Positions 47,394 to 56,405 of a DNA stretch of 64,000 nucleotides are shown here, piece by piece. Source of the stretch: Candidatus Parcubacteria bacterium. GTDB lineage: Bacteria > Patescibacteriota > Minisyncoccia > Phycocordibacterales > JAACPR01. The notes below the pieces were generated by a model. It saw nothing but the letters and a program-made list of their open reading frames with translations, was not told the origin of the DNA and did no database searches. The stretch's first letter is position 1, and each line of letters begins with the position of its first letter. The stretch lies in the NCBI GenBank assembly GCA_009995365.1, contig JAACPR010000002.1:14428-78427 (forward strand). Direction: 5' to 3'. Both the position numbers and the translations under genes were made by a program.

Positions 47394-47420
47394 AAATCTC
47401 GTCTGACACGAGATTTTTTA
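47394..47420 (+). terminator. rho-independent terminator after rpsT
   Basis: AATCTCGTCTGACACGAGATTTTTTATTT. Confidence 0.7.
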
Positions 47421-47605
47421 TTTGACTATTTTCATTAATAAAATTAAGATTGGTGAACGTGGCTCCCGTATGCGAAGCATACATGAGCTGCGTTCGGACG
47501 AAATATGAATAAATTCCTATTTCGCTCCTCAATTGCTCCTGTAAGAATATCTTGCGGGAGCATCACTCGGATGATATGAAAATAAATTTTCATCCATCCT
47601 CGTTT

Positions 47606-47677
47606 GCTCCCGTAGTTCAACGGATAGAATACAAGTTTGCGGAACTTGCGATCCAGGTTCGATTCCTGGCGGGAGCA
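47606..47677 (+). tRNA. tRNA-Arg (anticodon GCG by hand-folding)
   Basis: GCTCCCGTAGTTCAACGGATAGAATACAAGTTTGCGGAACTTGCGATCCAGGTTCGATTCCTGGCGGGAGCA. The 7-bp acceptor, anticodon stem (CAAGT/ACTTG) and T-arm (CCAGG/CCTGG) are all perfect. The anticodon loop is UUGCGGA. Confidence 0.8.
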
Positions 47678-47884
47678 CATAAAACAAAGAGGTAGGCACG
47701 TAAGTGTCTACCGATTTTGTTTTAGTGTGCCCGTAGGAATCGAAAGACGGAGACCGCGAAGCCGACGAACGATAGTTCGTCGTAGGTCGAGTCGGGGCAG
47801 CAGATACTTATGAGCGTAGCGAATTAGTAATCTGCGCCGAGTCCTCGTGGGAGCACCAAAAAAAAGAGAATAGAAAGATATTAG

Positions 47885-48106
47885 TTATTTTATACTTCTT
47901 GTATTATTAACTCTCTCAATAAAATTTTGAGCCAACATTTCTCTTTCTTTTTCTTCTTGAATTGTCTGTGAAAATAACATTCCAGAAATAGCAAAATTGA
48001 ATATTGCAAAAGCAACCAATAGAGTCTTTGTTGTTCTTGCACTAAAAGGCAATATACTTATGATGAAATTTTCTAGCTTGCCATTTTTATTTTTTTTCTT
48101 TGACAT
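47885..48106 (-). CDS. small membrane protein
   Basis: One TM helix; Lys-rich N-terminus. Confidence 0.35.
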   Translation of the reverse strand: MSKKKNKNGKLENFIISILPFSARTTKTLLVAFAIFNFAISGMLFSQTIQEEKEREMLAQNFIERVNNTRSIK

Positions 48107-48132
48107 AATATTTTATTTAATTACTAATAACC

Positions 48133-48600
48133 TTAAAAACCTATTTTACTCATTATATAATAAGTAGGTGGTTCTCGCATCTCTTCTTCGTCTAGGTATT
48201 CTAAAAGAAAATCTCTAACTTCATCAACCTCCACTTCATTACCAATAGGCATAATAATAAGCGGCATAAAGAATTTATTTGATTTGATCAGTATTCTATC
48301 TCTTTCATAACCATCTTCATCAACTACACAAAAAGAATCTAAAGAGCTGTAAAGATAGAGATCTTCACCAACGACTATGCCTTTTTTATTTAATTCGTAT
48401 TTTTCAATTTTTGCCGGTGTATGCATAAACATAAAAGAAGCAAAGGCTGAGAGTAAAATTATCAGAGCCAATAAGATATTGTTAAAGAAAATAGATAGCA
48501 CGGCTCCAGCTATTGTGACCATTCCGACAATCCAAAACCAATCGGAACTTTTCTCTTCTTTAATATGATCTAGCGTTTCCCATGTAATTTTATTGTTCAT
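48133..48600 (-). CDS. membrane protein (2 TM) with an acidic C-terminal domain
   Basis: TM helices at aa 20-70; start overlaps the upstream ORF (ATGA). Confidence 0.4.
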   Translation of the reverse strand: MNNKITWETLDHIKEEKSSDWFWIVGMVTIAGAVLSIFFNNILLALIILLSAFASFMFMHTPAKIEKYELNKKGIVVGEDLYLYSSLDSFCVVDEDGYERDRILIKSNKFFMPLIIMPIGNEVEVDEVRDFLLEYLDEEEMREPPTYYIMSKIGF

Positions 48601-49181
48601 ATTTGTTGCGCGTTATTTTCTTGGTTCAAGTTTGGTCCTGTCTTTTTTGTTCTGTATATAAAGTTCATTAATAATATTGTTACTGATGAAATAAACATAT
48701 AATCACCTAGAATATACCCAGTTACAAAGAAATCATTAGTAAGCCCGAATTGGAAAATTAATAATAGGTAAATCCAAGAAATTACGGAAACGCCATTCAA
48801 GGTTAGACCTACTTTTCTTAAAACAACAACTTGTTCGACATCCATATAATCTGAATTAAGTCTAAAATTCGCTAAAACAGGTACAACGATTCTTCTAAAT
48901 AATAGTTCATTTATTAATACTATTAACAATATAACAGCGGTTGCAATTAAAATATCTTCTTTTACAAAATCTATTTCATAAATAAATGAAAAAAGAAAAG
49001 AAATAGCCAAGATAAATGCACAAGTTAAATTAACATTAGCCAATAAATCAAAAACATCTCTTTCTTTTTTGGTTATTCTAAAGTCTCTCAAGAATAAGAA
49101 AGTATAAATATCATTTACTAAGGCAGAGCTAAACCCTATAACAATCGCCAATGTTTTGATAAAAATCATTAAAAATATCAT
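48597..49181 (-). CDS. integral membrane protein (5-6 TM)
   Basis: Hydrophobic; co-transcribed with the two downstream minus-strand ORFs. Confidence 0.4.
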   Translation of the reverse strand: MIFLMIFIKTLAIVIGFSSALVNDIYTFLFLRDFRITKKERDVFDLLANVNLTCAFILAISFLFSFIYEIDFVKEDILIATAVILLIVLINELLFRRIVVPVLANFRLNSDYMDVEQVVVLRKVGLTLNGVSVISWIYLLLIFQFGLTNDFFVTGYILGDYMFISSVTILLMNFIYRTKKTGPNLNQENNAQQI

Positions 49182-49299
49182 TAGTTCTATTCTAACACTT
49201 TACAAAATAATGAAAAACAGTAGTGTTGATATCGGAGGTGAATTCGTCACTGCCGGTCTTAAAATAATAACAATCAAACAATCAACCGAAAGGTAAATA

Positions 49300-49623
49300 A
49301 TGAGTAAGGAAACTTGGTTTATATCTCCTAAGAATGAAGCAGCAAACAATTGTGCCATGGCTTTGGTTGATGGTGACAACGAAAGGGTCACTCATCAGCA
49401 AGTCTCGGAAAAGGTTCCTGGAAAAGAAGAAAAGGTTTTCGATGAATGGTTAATCGAAATGAATTCTTTTGAGGATGTTACAAATATGAAAAAGTTTAGC
49501 AAGAGCAAAACTTTGAAATATAAGGTATACCGCAAGAAAAGTCCTGGGGCGAAAATTAGTCGCTGGATTGGTGATGTTAACACTAATAAAAAAGTTCCCA
49601 GCGTCGCTCCTGTTGCTGGCTAA
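49300..49623 (+). CDS. hypothetical protein
   Basis: 107-aa ORF followed by a terminator hairpin (GTCGCTTGAGAGAGCGGC plus TTTTTT at about 49648-49674). Confidence 0.4.
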   Translation: MSKETWFISPKNEAANNCAMALVDGDNERVTHQQVSEKVPGKEEKVFDEWLIEMNSFEDVTNMKKFSKSKTLKYKVYRKKSPGAKISRWIGDVNTNKKVPSVAPVAG

Positions 49624-49756
49624 CATTATTTAGATCTTTTATACAAGTCGCTTGAGAGAGCGGCTTTTTTCTTTGCATTAAAAATGTTTTTTGATAGTAT
49701 GACTCCAATTCGAATTTCTGTTAGAATATTCGAATCAACCTTCGCTTCGGCGAATA

Positions 49757-49849
<93 letters not shown>

Positions 49850-50148
49850 GACAGGTAACACGAGATAGGTTGTAATAATGTGAGTCGTGCGAGCACGAGA
49901 GTCTATAAAATAGAGTTTAAAAAGAGAGATCAAATCGCTCTTTTTATATTCTAAAATAATGGAACTCGAAACTTCATCGAAAAAATTACACACACTTGCA
50001 TATTTTTTAAACTTTATTATAATAATATTAACATATTAGTGTATTATAATATGTAATTCGTACAAAAGATAAAAACACAAAAATAAGAGGGGACTTTTGG
50101 AATATGTAAGATTGCTTTAATAAAACTATAAGATAATTAATTAAGAAT

Positions 50149-50514
50149 ATGCAAAACATAAAAACAATGATGTTGCCGATGATCATGCTGTTGATTCTAG
50201 TACTGTCAGCCCTCTCATTTGCTTGGCAGGGAATTGGTATGCACAATCAAGTACCACGAGAAGAATCAAAACTCCACGCTCTTCAAAATGAATATTTTAC
50301 TCTCTCAAAATCAGAACGAGAATCAGCTCCAACTGGTTCAGAACTTAATCAAAAACTTGTGCAAATTCAAAACTACCCTTCTTCGTTAATGGAATTGAAA
50401 TTAATAGGGGTTGGTAAAATTCTTACAGGTATTCTTGCTGCACTTCTTGCGATCGTATTTCTTTTGTTTATGATGCCGATTCGTTTGGCAAAATTGATGA
50501 AAGAAAATAAATAA
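50149..50514 (+). CDS. small membrane protein (2 TM)
   Basis: TM helices at both ends. Confidence 0.4.
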   Translation: MQNIKTMMLPMIMLLILVLSALSFAWQGIGMHNQVPREESKLHALQNEYFTLSKSERESAPTGSELNQKLVQIQNYPSSLMELKLIGVGKILTGILAALLAIVFLLFMMPIRLAKLMKENK

Positions 50515-50559
50515 GGATAGTATTACGTTTAAAATTAATTAAGTAAATAAATAAAATAT

Positions 50560-50736
50560 ATGAATAAAGAACATACATGTAAAACATGCGATCCTGTGTC
50601 AGGTGTTGACTCTAATGCGTGTTGTACTGATGAACAAAAAGAACCTACAACTAATACATGTTTAGACTGTGAAAGTTGTGATGATGAGCATTCTCATGAA
50701 GAAAAAGACAATGAAAGGAATACCTGTGGAATGTAA
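50560..50736 (+). CDS. 58-aa cysteine-rich peptide (metallothionein-like candidate)
   Basis: Hand translation gives MNKEHTCKTCDPVSGVDSNACCTDEQKEPTTNTCLDCESCDDEHSHEEKDNERNTCGM (9 Cys, 3 His). It is the first ORF of a same-strand cluster that contains an ArsR/SmtB-family regulator, and it is below the ORF-track size cutoff. Confidence 0.4.
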   Translation: MNKEHTCKTCDPVSGVDSNACCTDEQKEPTTNTCLDCESCDDEHSHEEKDNERNTCGM

Positions 50737-50772
50737 ATAGGTATTATAAATATAATAGTAAAGATATAAATT

Positions 50773-51396
50773 ATGGAAACAAAACTCAAAGCAATTGGAA
50801 TTCTTGGATCACTTAAATCAAAAGATGTAGGAATGCCTTCAAATACAGAAGAATTACTTGGACAAGTTTTTAGTGAACTCGTAAAACATGGTGTCAAAAC
50901 AGAAGTTGTGCGGTTAATTGATCATGATATTAAACATGGGTTAGAGACAGATATGAGGGATGATTGGCAAAGTATTCTTAATAAAATTATTGAGGCTGAT
51001 ATTGTTGTTTTTGCAACACCAATTTGGTGGGGACAGCCTTCATCACTGATTCAAAAAGTGTTTGAAAGAATGGATCAAGTAGACAATGAATACATGATGT
51101 CAGGCAAATCACCTCTTACTCATAAAGTTGCAGGTATTGTTGTAACTGGTCACGAAGATGGAGCTCAACATGTTATCGGCACATTGGCTAATGCTTTGAC
51201 ATGGTATGGATTCACTTTGCCACCAGAAATGGCCGTATATTGGGTTGGGGAAGCAGGGCCACCTATGGATCAAGATGCTGAAAAACGTAGAAAGAATATG
51301 GCAACAAATATGATGGTCAATACTGTGTCTAATAATTTGTTTCGTTACGCTAAAATGATTAAAGAAAACAAATCAATGTTAGAAGAAAAAATGTAA
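50773..51396 (+). CDS. NAD(P)H-dependent FMN reductase / flavodoxin-like oxidoreductase
   Basis: IGILGSLKSKD…IVVFATPIWWGQPSSLIQKVFERMD…GIVVTGHEDG pattern of the PF03358-type flavodoxin-like fold. Confidence 0.65.
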   Translation: METKLKAIGILGSLKSKDVGMPSNTEELLGQVFSELVKHGVKTEVVRLIDHDIKHGLETDMRDDWQSILNKIIEADIVVFATPIWWGQPSSLIQKVFERMDQVDNEYMMSGKSPLTHKVAGIVVTGHEDGAQHVIGTLANALTWYGFTLPPEMAVYWVGEAGPPMDQDAEKRRKNMATNMMVNTVSNNLFRYAKMIKENKSMLEEKM

Positions 51397-51401
51397 CACA
51401 T

Positions 51402-51677
51402 ATGAATGATAAAGAATACGAAAAAATAATAAAAGCAATCTGCAATACAAATCGAAAAGATATTATTGTATTGCTCAAAAATGCAAAAACAGAAATGTGT
51501 GTAAATCATATTTCAAAGGATTTAGAAATGTCTCAATCGCTAACTTCTCAACAATTAAAATATTTAGAAGCACGAGACATCGTCTATGGATATCGAGTTG
51601 GAAAAACAACATGCTACAAATTGTGTTCAAATGATATTACCAAAAAAGTTATCAAAATTATCAATATTTTAAATTAA
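51402..51677 (+). CDS. ArsR/SmtB-family metalloregulatory transcriptional repressor
   Basis: Winged HTH: CVNHISKDLEMSQSLTSQQLKYLEARDIV; Cys residues at aa 14 and 33. Confidence 0.7.
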   Translation: MNDKEYEKIIKAICNTNRKDIIVLLKNAKTEMCVNHISKDLEMSQSLTSQQLKYLEARDIVYGYRVGKTTCYKLCSNDITKKVIKIINILN

Positions 51678-51685
51678 GTAATAAT

Positions 51686-52165
51686 ATGAAAAAAATAAGT
51701 ATAGGAATAGTTTTAATTGTGATTTTAATTATAGGTTTTAGTATTTTAAATAAGCCTTCTCAAGAAGTTGTGAATAATACTCAGAACAATGCGGATTCAG
51801 CTGTTGCTAATACAAGTGAAACAGACGAATCCAATGAGTCAGATCAATTAAATAAGACAAGTGGTTTATATGCAAAATATTCGAATGATTTAAAACAATA
51901 TGAAAATAAAGACATAATCTTGTTTTTTAAAGCTGATTGGTGCCCATCATGTAGAGTAATAGATGCTGATATCAAAGCAAGTCTAAGTGATATCCCAGAA
52001 AACGTAGTTATTCTTGAATTGAATTATGACAAGGAAACAGATCTAAAGAAAAAATATGGAGTAACAACTCAACATATTTTTGTACAAATTGATACAAATG
52101 GAGATATGATCAAAAAATGGTCAGGAGGAAACAGACTTGAAGATGTTCTTAATCAAATAAAGTAA
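51686..52165 (+). CDS. membrane-anchored thioredoxin-fold protein (TlpA/DsbE-like)
   Basis: N-terminal TM helix and a WCPSC active-site motif. Confidence 0.7.
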   Translation: MKKISIGIVLIVILIIGFSILNKPSQEVVNNTQNNADSAVANTSETDESNESDQLNKTSGLYAKYSNDLKQYENKDIILFFKADWCPSCRVIDADIKASLSDIPENVVILELNYDKETDLKKKYGVTTQHIFVQIDTNGDMIKKWSGGNRLEDVLNQIK

Positions 52166-52166
52166 T

Positions 52167-53816
52167 ATGCTGTTTTTTCTGATAGCTGTTCTTGCGGGTG
52201 TTCTCACAATACTTGCTCCTTGTATATTACCTTTACTACCTGTAATTATTGGTTCAAGTACGACAGAGGATAGCAAAAAAATATCTTCAAAATCAATTAG
52301 AATTATTTTTTCACTCGCTCTGTCTGTCATAGTATTTACACTTCTTCTCAAAGCTTCTGCTCTACTCATTGATATACCAAATTCATTTTGGACATGGTTC
52401 TCAGGTGGTGTGATAGTGATATTGGGACTCGTGATGTTATTTCCAAGTATATGGAGTAGAAACAAATTAGTTCTCAAACTTAAACTTTTTGGAGATAGAA
52501 AATTAGCAACAGGACATATTAAGAATAATAATATTGGCGATTATATTGTTGGTGCTTCACTCGGACCTGTGTTCTCTACATGTAGTCCTACCTATCTATT
52601 TATAATTGCAACAGTGCTTCCTGCGAGTTTCTTTGTTGGGTTCTCGTATCTTATTGGATTCGTAATTGGCCTCATGTTCTCTCTACTCTTGGTTGCATAT
52701 TTTGGTCAAAGTATTGTGAATAAGTTTACTCAAAACAGCAAAAAAACAGAAATAATTAAAAAAATATTCGGGGCACTTATTCTCTTGGTTGGAATTTCTA
52801 TTATTACAGGCTTTGATAAAAAAATAGAGGCATGGGTACTAGATTCAGGATATGGAGCAACAATTAATTTTGAACAAAAGTTAATTAATACATTTGATAA
52901 AGATATGAATGAAATAAATACATCAGAAGTAAAAGTAAAAAATACAGTATTACAATCTACTTTCCCAAATACAAATTGGAGCAAAGCTAATCCAATAATC
53001 GAAAAGGCTGTCTCAGGTGGTCCTAGCAAAGATGGAATTCCTGCAATAGATAATCCAAAATTTGAAAGCATCACGAATTTTACAGAATCAAATGATATAC
53101 AAGCTGTTGTGTTGCAAGAAGGTAATGAAGTTAAAGTATATCCATATAATATTTTGATCTGGCATGAAATTGTAAATGATGAAATTGATGATAAAAAAGT
53201 TGCAATAACCTTTTGTCCACTTTGTGGGAGTGCTGTAGTCTTTAATCGAGAATTAAAAAAAGGAGAAACAACTTTTGGAGTGAGTGGTTCATTGCTTGAG
53301 AGTAATATGATCATGTACGACAGAGATACGGAAAGTTTATGGCAACAAAGTACAGGAAAAACCTTAGTCGGAGATTATTTTGAAACTCAATTAGAACATG
53401 TTTCATTCCAACTTTTGACTATAGGTGAAATTAAATCAAAGTTTCCTCATGCACTCGTATTGAGCGAAGATACTGGATATTCAAGAGATTATAAAAGAAA
53501 TCCATATACTGGATATGAAAACACAAACAATCTCATATTTGATATTTCTTCAAAAGACAATACTTTCCCTATGAAAGAAATAATGGTTGTATTTAGAATC
53601 GAAGATCAAGTACTTACTTTCCCAGTGAACACACTAAAAGACGAGGGTGTGCATAAAGAAAAAACTACATTTGGTGAAATTTCAATTTCAAAAAAAGATG
53701 GAGAAATATCAATCGTTGATACAAACAAAAATAAAATACCATTCTATTTTGAAATGTGGTTTAGTGTACATAATCAAAACACAGAAAATGTAGTTATTTT
53801 AGATTTATTAGATTAA
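52167..53816 (+). CDS. CcdA/DsbD-type transmembrane thiol-disulfide transporter fused to a C-terminal DUF3179-like extracytoplasmic domain
   Basis: N-terminal 6-TM domain with LAPCILPLLPV and a second Cys (STCSPT). The C-terminal 290 aa contain GGPSKDGIPAIDNPKFE…CPLCGSAVVF, which resembles DUF3179. Confidence 0.6.
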   Translation: MLFFLIAVLAGVLTILAPCILPLLPVIIGSSTTEDSKKISSKSIRIIFSLALSVIVFTLLLKASALLIDIPNSFWTWFSGGVIVILGLVMLFPSIWSRNKLVLKLKLFGDRKLATGHIKNNNIGDYIVGASLGPVFSTCSPTYLFIIATVLPASFFVGFSYLIGFVIGLMFSLLLVAYFGQSIVNKFTQNSKKTEIIKKIFGALILLVGISIITGFDKKIEAWVLDSGYGATINFEQKLINTFDKDMNEINTSEVKVKNTVLQSTFPNTNWSKANPIIEKAVSGGPSKDGIPAIDNPKFESITNFTESNDIQAVVLQEGNEVKVYPYNILIWHEIVNDEIDDKKVAITFCPLCGSAVVFNRELKKGETTFGVSGSLLESNMIMYDRDTESLWQQSTGKTLVGDYFETQLEHVSFQLLTIGEIKSKFPHALVLSEDTGYSRDYKRNPYTGYENTNNLIFDISSKDNTFPMKEIMVVFRIEDQVLTFPVNTLKDEGVHKEKTTFGEISISKKDGEISIVDTNKNKIPFYFEMWFSVHNQNTENVVILDLLD

Positions 53817-53825
53817 TATACGTAT

Positions 53826-54032
53826 ATGATTGAAATAATAGCATTAACATTAGAAACACTCGGTACGGTATTAATTGCCTACACCGCAATTAAAGTTCAT
53901 GAGAGGGTAAGAAAGGAAAAAAAGATTGATAATACAGTTATTAAAGAAATGGTATTAGAAAAGACAATGGGATTTTTGGGTATCGCTTCGATACTCATAA
54001 GTTATATTATGAATGTAATACTTACAATATAG
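53826..54032 (+). CDS. small membrane protein (2 TM)
   Basis: 68 aa, hydrophobic. Confidence 0.35.
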   Translation: MIEIIALTLETLGTVLIAYTAIKVHERVRKEKKIDNTVIKEMVLEKTMGFLGIASILISYIMNVILTI

Positions 54033-54038
54033 ATTGAT

Positions 54039-56405
54039 ATGTCAAACACAAATACAAAAGATAATCTCACGGTTTATGTAATTATGGGAGTAACAGGTGA
54101 TCTTGCTTATAAAAAAGTAATCCCTTCATTGTGGCATTTATACACACATAATCATTTACCTGAAAAGTATAAAATTGTAGGTTTTGCACGAAGATCTTTG
54201 GGCGAAGACTTGTTTAAAAAATTAATAAAAGATTCTATTACTGATCACAATAATGGTCTGATTGATGAAGATGAATTTGATTCTTTCTTTGATCATTTTT
54301 TATATCAATCTGGTGATTTTGGTGATTTGGAATCTTTTAAACTTCTACAGGCAAAAATAAATTCTCTTCATGCCAATACCTCAGATTGTATAAATAAAGT
54401 TTTTTATCTTGCAACACCTCCCAATGTATATGGTTCTATTTTTAAAAATCTTGCCGAAGCAGGTTTGAATACTACGTGTGAAGACAAGAAATCCTGGACT
54501 AGAATTTTGATTGAAAAACCTTTTGGATCAGATCTCCAATCTTCAAAAGAATTGGAAAAATTATTGTCACAATACTTTACAGAAGACCAAATATACAGAA
54601 TCGACCATTATTTGTTCAAGGAAATCATTCAAGGAATAGAGAATTTTAGATTTTCTAATAACTTATTTGAAAATACATGGGACAATACAACAATTGAAAA
54701 AATTGAAATTAAATTATTTGAAAAAATAGGGGTAGAAAATAGGGGAAGTTTTTATGATTCTGTAGGCACATTAAGAGATGTAGGTCAAAATCATCTGCTT
54801 GCAATGCTCGCTGCTGTTGTAAGTGAATCTCCTGCATCTGGTGATACTGACTCATTTCAAAATAGAAGAGAAGATGTACTCGCACTCTTGCCAAAATGGA
54901 CTGATGATTTGGTACAAAAAAATACTAAACGAGCTCAATATGTTGGGTATGCTGATATTGATGGTGTTAATGAGAATTCTAAAACTGAAACATATTTTTC
55001 TGTCCAAACTACATTAACTGGTTCTAAGTGGGATGGAGTAACTGTGTATATGCAAGCTGGAAAAATGATGAACGAAGTGCGTAAAGAAATCGTGATAACA
55101 TTGAAACATCCAAAAGTATGTTTGTTGTGTGAAGAAGGTGAGCATAAACCTAATCAAATTATATTTAGATTTGATCCAAATGACGAAATAAAAATTATTT
55201 TTTATTCTAAAAAACCTGGTTTTAAACACTTGATTGAAGAGCGAGAGTTTACATTTTTCTTATATGAAAAAGAAACCAAAATTCAATATGTTGAAGAATA
55301 TTCAAAAGTTTTCTTTAATGTTGTTGAGGGTGACAAGTCTAGGTTTGTCTCAGTAAAAGAAGTTGAATTCGCATGGCAATTTGTAGATCCTGTTTTGTCT
55401 GCCTGGAAACAAGATAAAGTAATTCTTGATTCGTATCAAAAAAATACACCAGTATATTCTCAGAATCTACTTAAAGAAAAACAAAAAGGAGAGATTGCGA
55501 TTATTGGGTTAGGCAAAATGGGTGCTAATTTGGCAAAAAGATTGCTTGATACTAATTGGAAGGTGATTGGTTTTAACAGGTCTCCAGAAGCAACTGTTCA
55601 ACTTAAAGAATGTGGTCTTGATCCTGCATATTCAATTGAAGAAGTTGTACAAAAGATGCAGCCGCATCGAACGATTTGGATCATGACTCCATACCAAGCA
55701 ACTGATGATGTTATCAAATCTCTCATTCCACTTCTCAATAAAGGAGACACTATTATTGATGGGGGTAATTCAAATTATAAAGATACAATACGAAGAAATA
55801 CAGTATTACAAGAACACAACATTAATTTTATTGATGTTGGAGTATCAGGTGGTCCAGAAGGAGCACTCAATGGTGCCTGCCTAATGATTGGAGGTGAAAA
55901 ATCTATATATGAATCATACGAAAACTTATTTGCAGACTTATCTGTTTCGAATGGATACAAATATGTTGGATCATCTGGTGCAGGACATTTTGTAAAGATG
56001 GTACATAATGGAATCGAATATGGAATGATGCAATCAATAGGAGAGGGATTTGAGGTATTAAAAAAATCTTCTTTCGATTTAAATGTATTAGATGTTGCAG
56101 AGATATATAATCATGGATCAGTTATTGAATCTCGCTTAATCGGATGGCTTGCGCAAGCATATTCAAAATTTACAGTTAATTTAGACAAAGAAGAATGTTG
56201 CTCGGGTGTTGTTTCTCATAGTGGAGAAGGACAATGGACCGTAGACACTGCAAAAGAAATGAATATTGATGTCCCAATAATAGAAGGTTCTTTAGAATTC
56301 AGAAAACAATCTCAAAATAATCCTTCATATACTGGACAAGTAGTCTCGGCACTTCGACATGAATTCGGGAGACATGATACAAGCAAAAAACATGAAAATA
56401 AGTAA
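54039..56405 (+). CDS. fusion of glucose-6-phosphate dehydrogenase (Zwf) and 6-phosphogluconate dehydrogenase (short Gnd/YqeC-type)
   Basis: N-terminal G6PD motifs: GVTGDLAYKKVIPSLWHLY (NADP site), EKPFGSDL, RIDHYLFKE, RFSNNLFENTWDN and VGTLRDVGQNHLL. From about aa 480, 6PGDH motifs: IAIIGLGKMGANLAKRL, GGNSNYKDTIRR, DVGVSGGPEGALNGACLMIGG and GAGHFVKMVHNGIEYGMMQ. A single uninterrupted 788-aa ORF. Confidence 0.8.
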   Translation: MSNTNTKDNLTVYVIMGVTGDLAYKKVIPSLWHLYTHNHLPEKYKIVGFARRSLGEDLFKKLIKDSITDHNNGLIDEDEFDSFFDHFLYQSGDFGDLESFKLLQAKINSLHANTSDCINKVFYLATPPNVYGSIFKNLAEAGLNTTCEDKKSWTRILIEKPFGSDLQSSKELEKLLSQYFTEDQIYRIDHYLFKEIIQGIENFRFSNNLFENTWDNTTIEKIEIKLFEKIGVENRGSFYDSVGTLRDVGQNHLLAMLAAVVSESPASGDTDSFQNRREDVLALLPKWTDDLVQKNTKRAQYVGYADIDGVNENSKTETYFSVQTTLTGSKWDGVTVYMQAGKMMNEVRKEIVITLKHPKVCLLCEEGEHKPNQIIFRFDPNDEIKIIFYSKKPGFKHLIEEREFTFFLYEKETKIQYVEEYSKVFFNVVEGDKSRFVSVKEVEFAWQFVDPVLSAWKQDKVILDSYQKNTPVYSQNLLKEKQKGEIAIIGLGKMGANLAKRLLDTNWKVIGFNRSPEATVQLKECGLDPAYSIEEVVQKMQPHRTIWIMTPYQATDDVIKSLIPLLNKGDTIIDGGNSNYKDTIRRNTVLQEHNINFIDVGVSGGPEGALNGACLMIGGEKSIYESYENLFADLSVSNGYKYVGSSGAGHFVKMVHNGIEYGMMQSIGEGFEVLKKSSFDLNVLDVAEIYNHGSVIESRLIGWLAQAYSKFTVNLDKEECCSGVVSHSGEGQWTVDTAKEMNIDVPIIEGSLEFRKQSQNNPSYTGQVVSALRHEFGRHDTSKKHENK

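Noticed and set aside
47444-47680. 78-aa minus-strand ORF
   Set aside because: It overlaps tRNA-Arg and the tRNA-fragment repeats.
52730-53314. 194-aa minus-strand ORF
   Set aside because: Antisense within the CcdA-DUF3179 gene, with no recognisable motifs.
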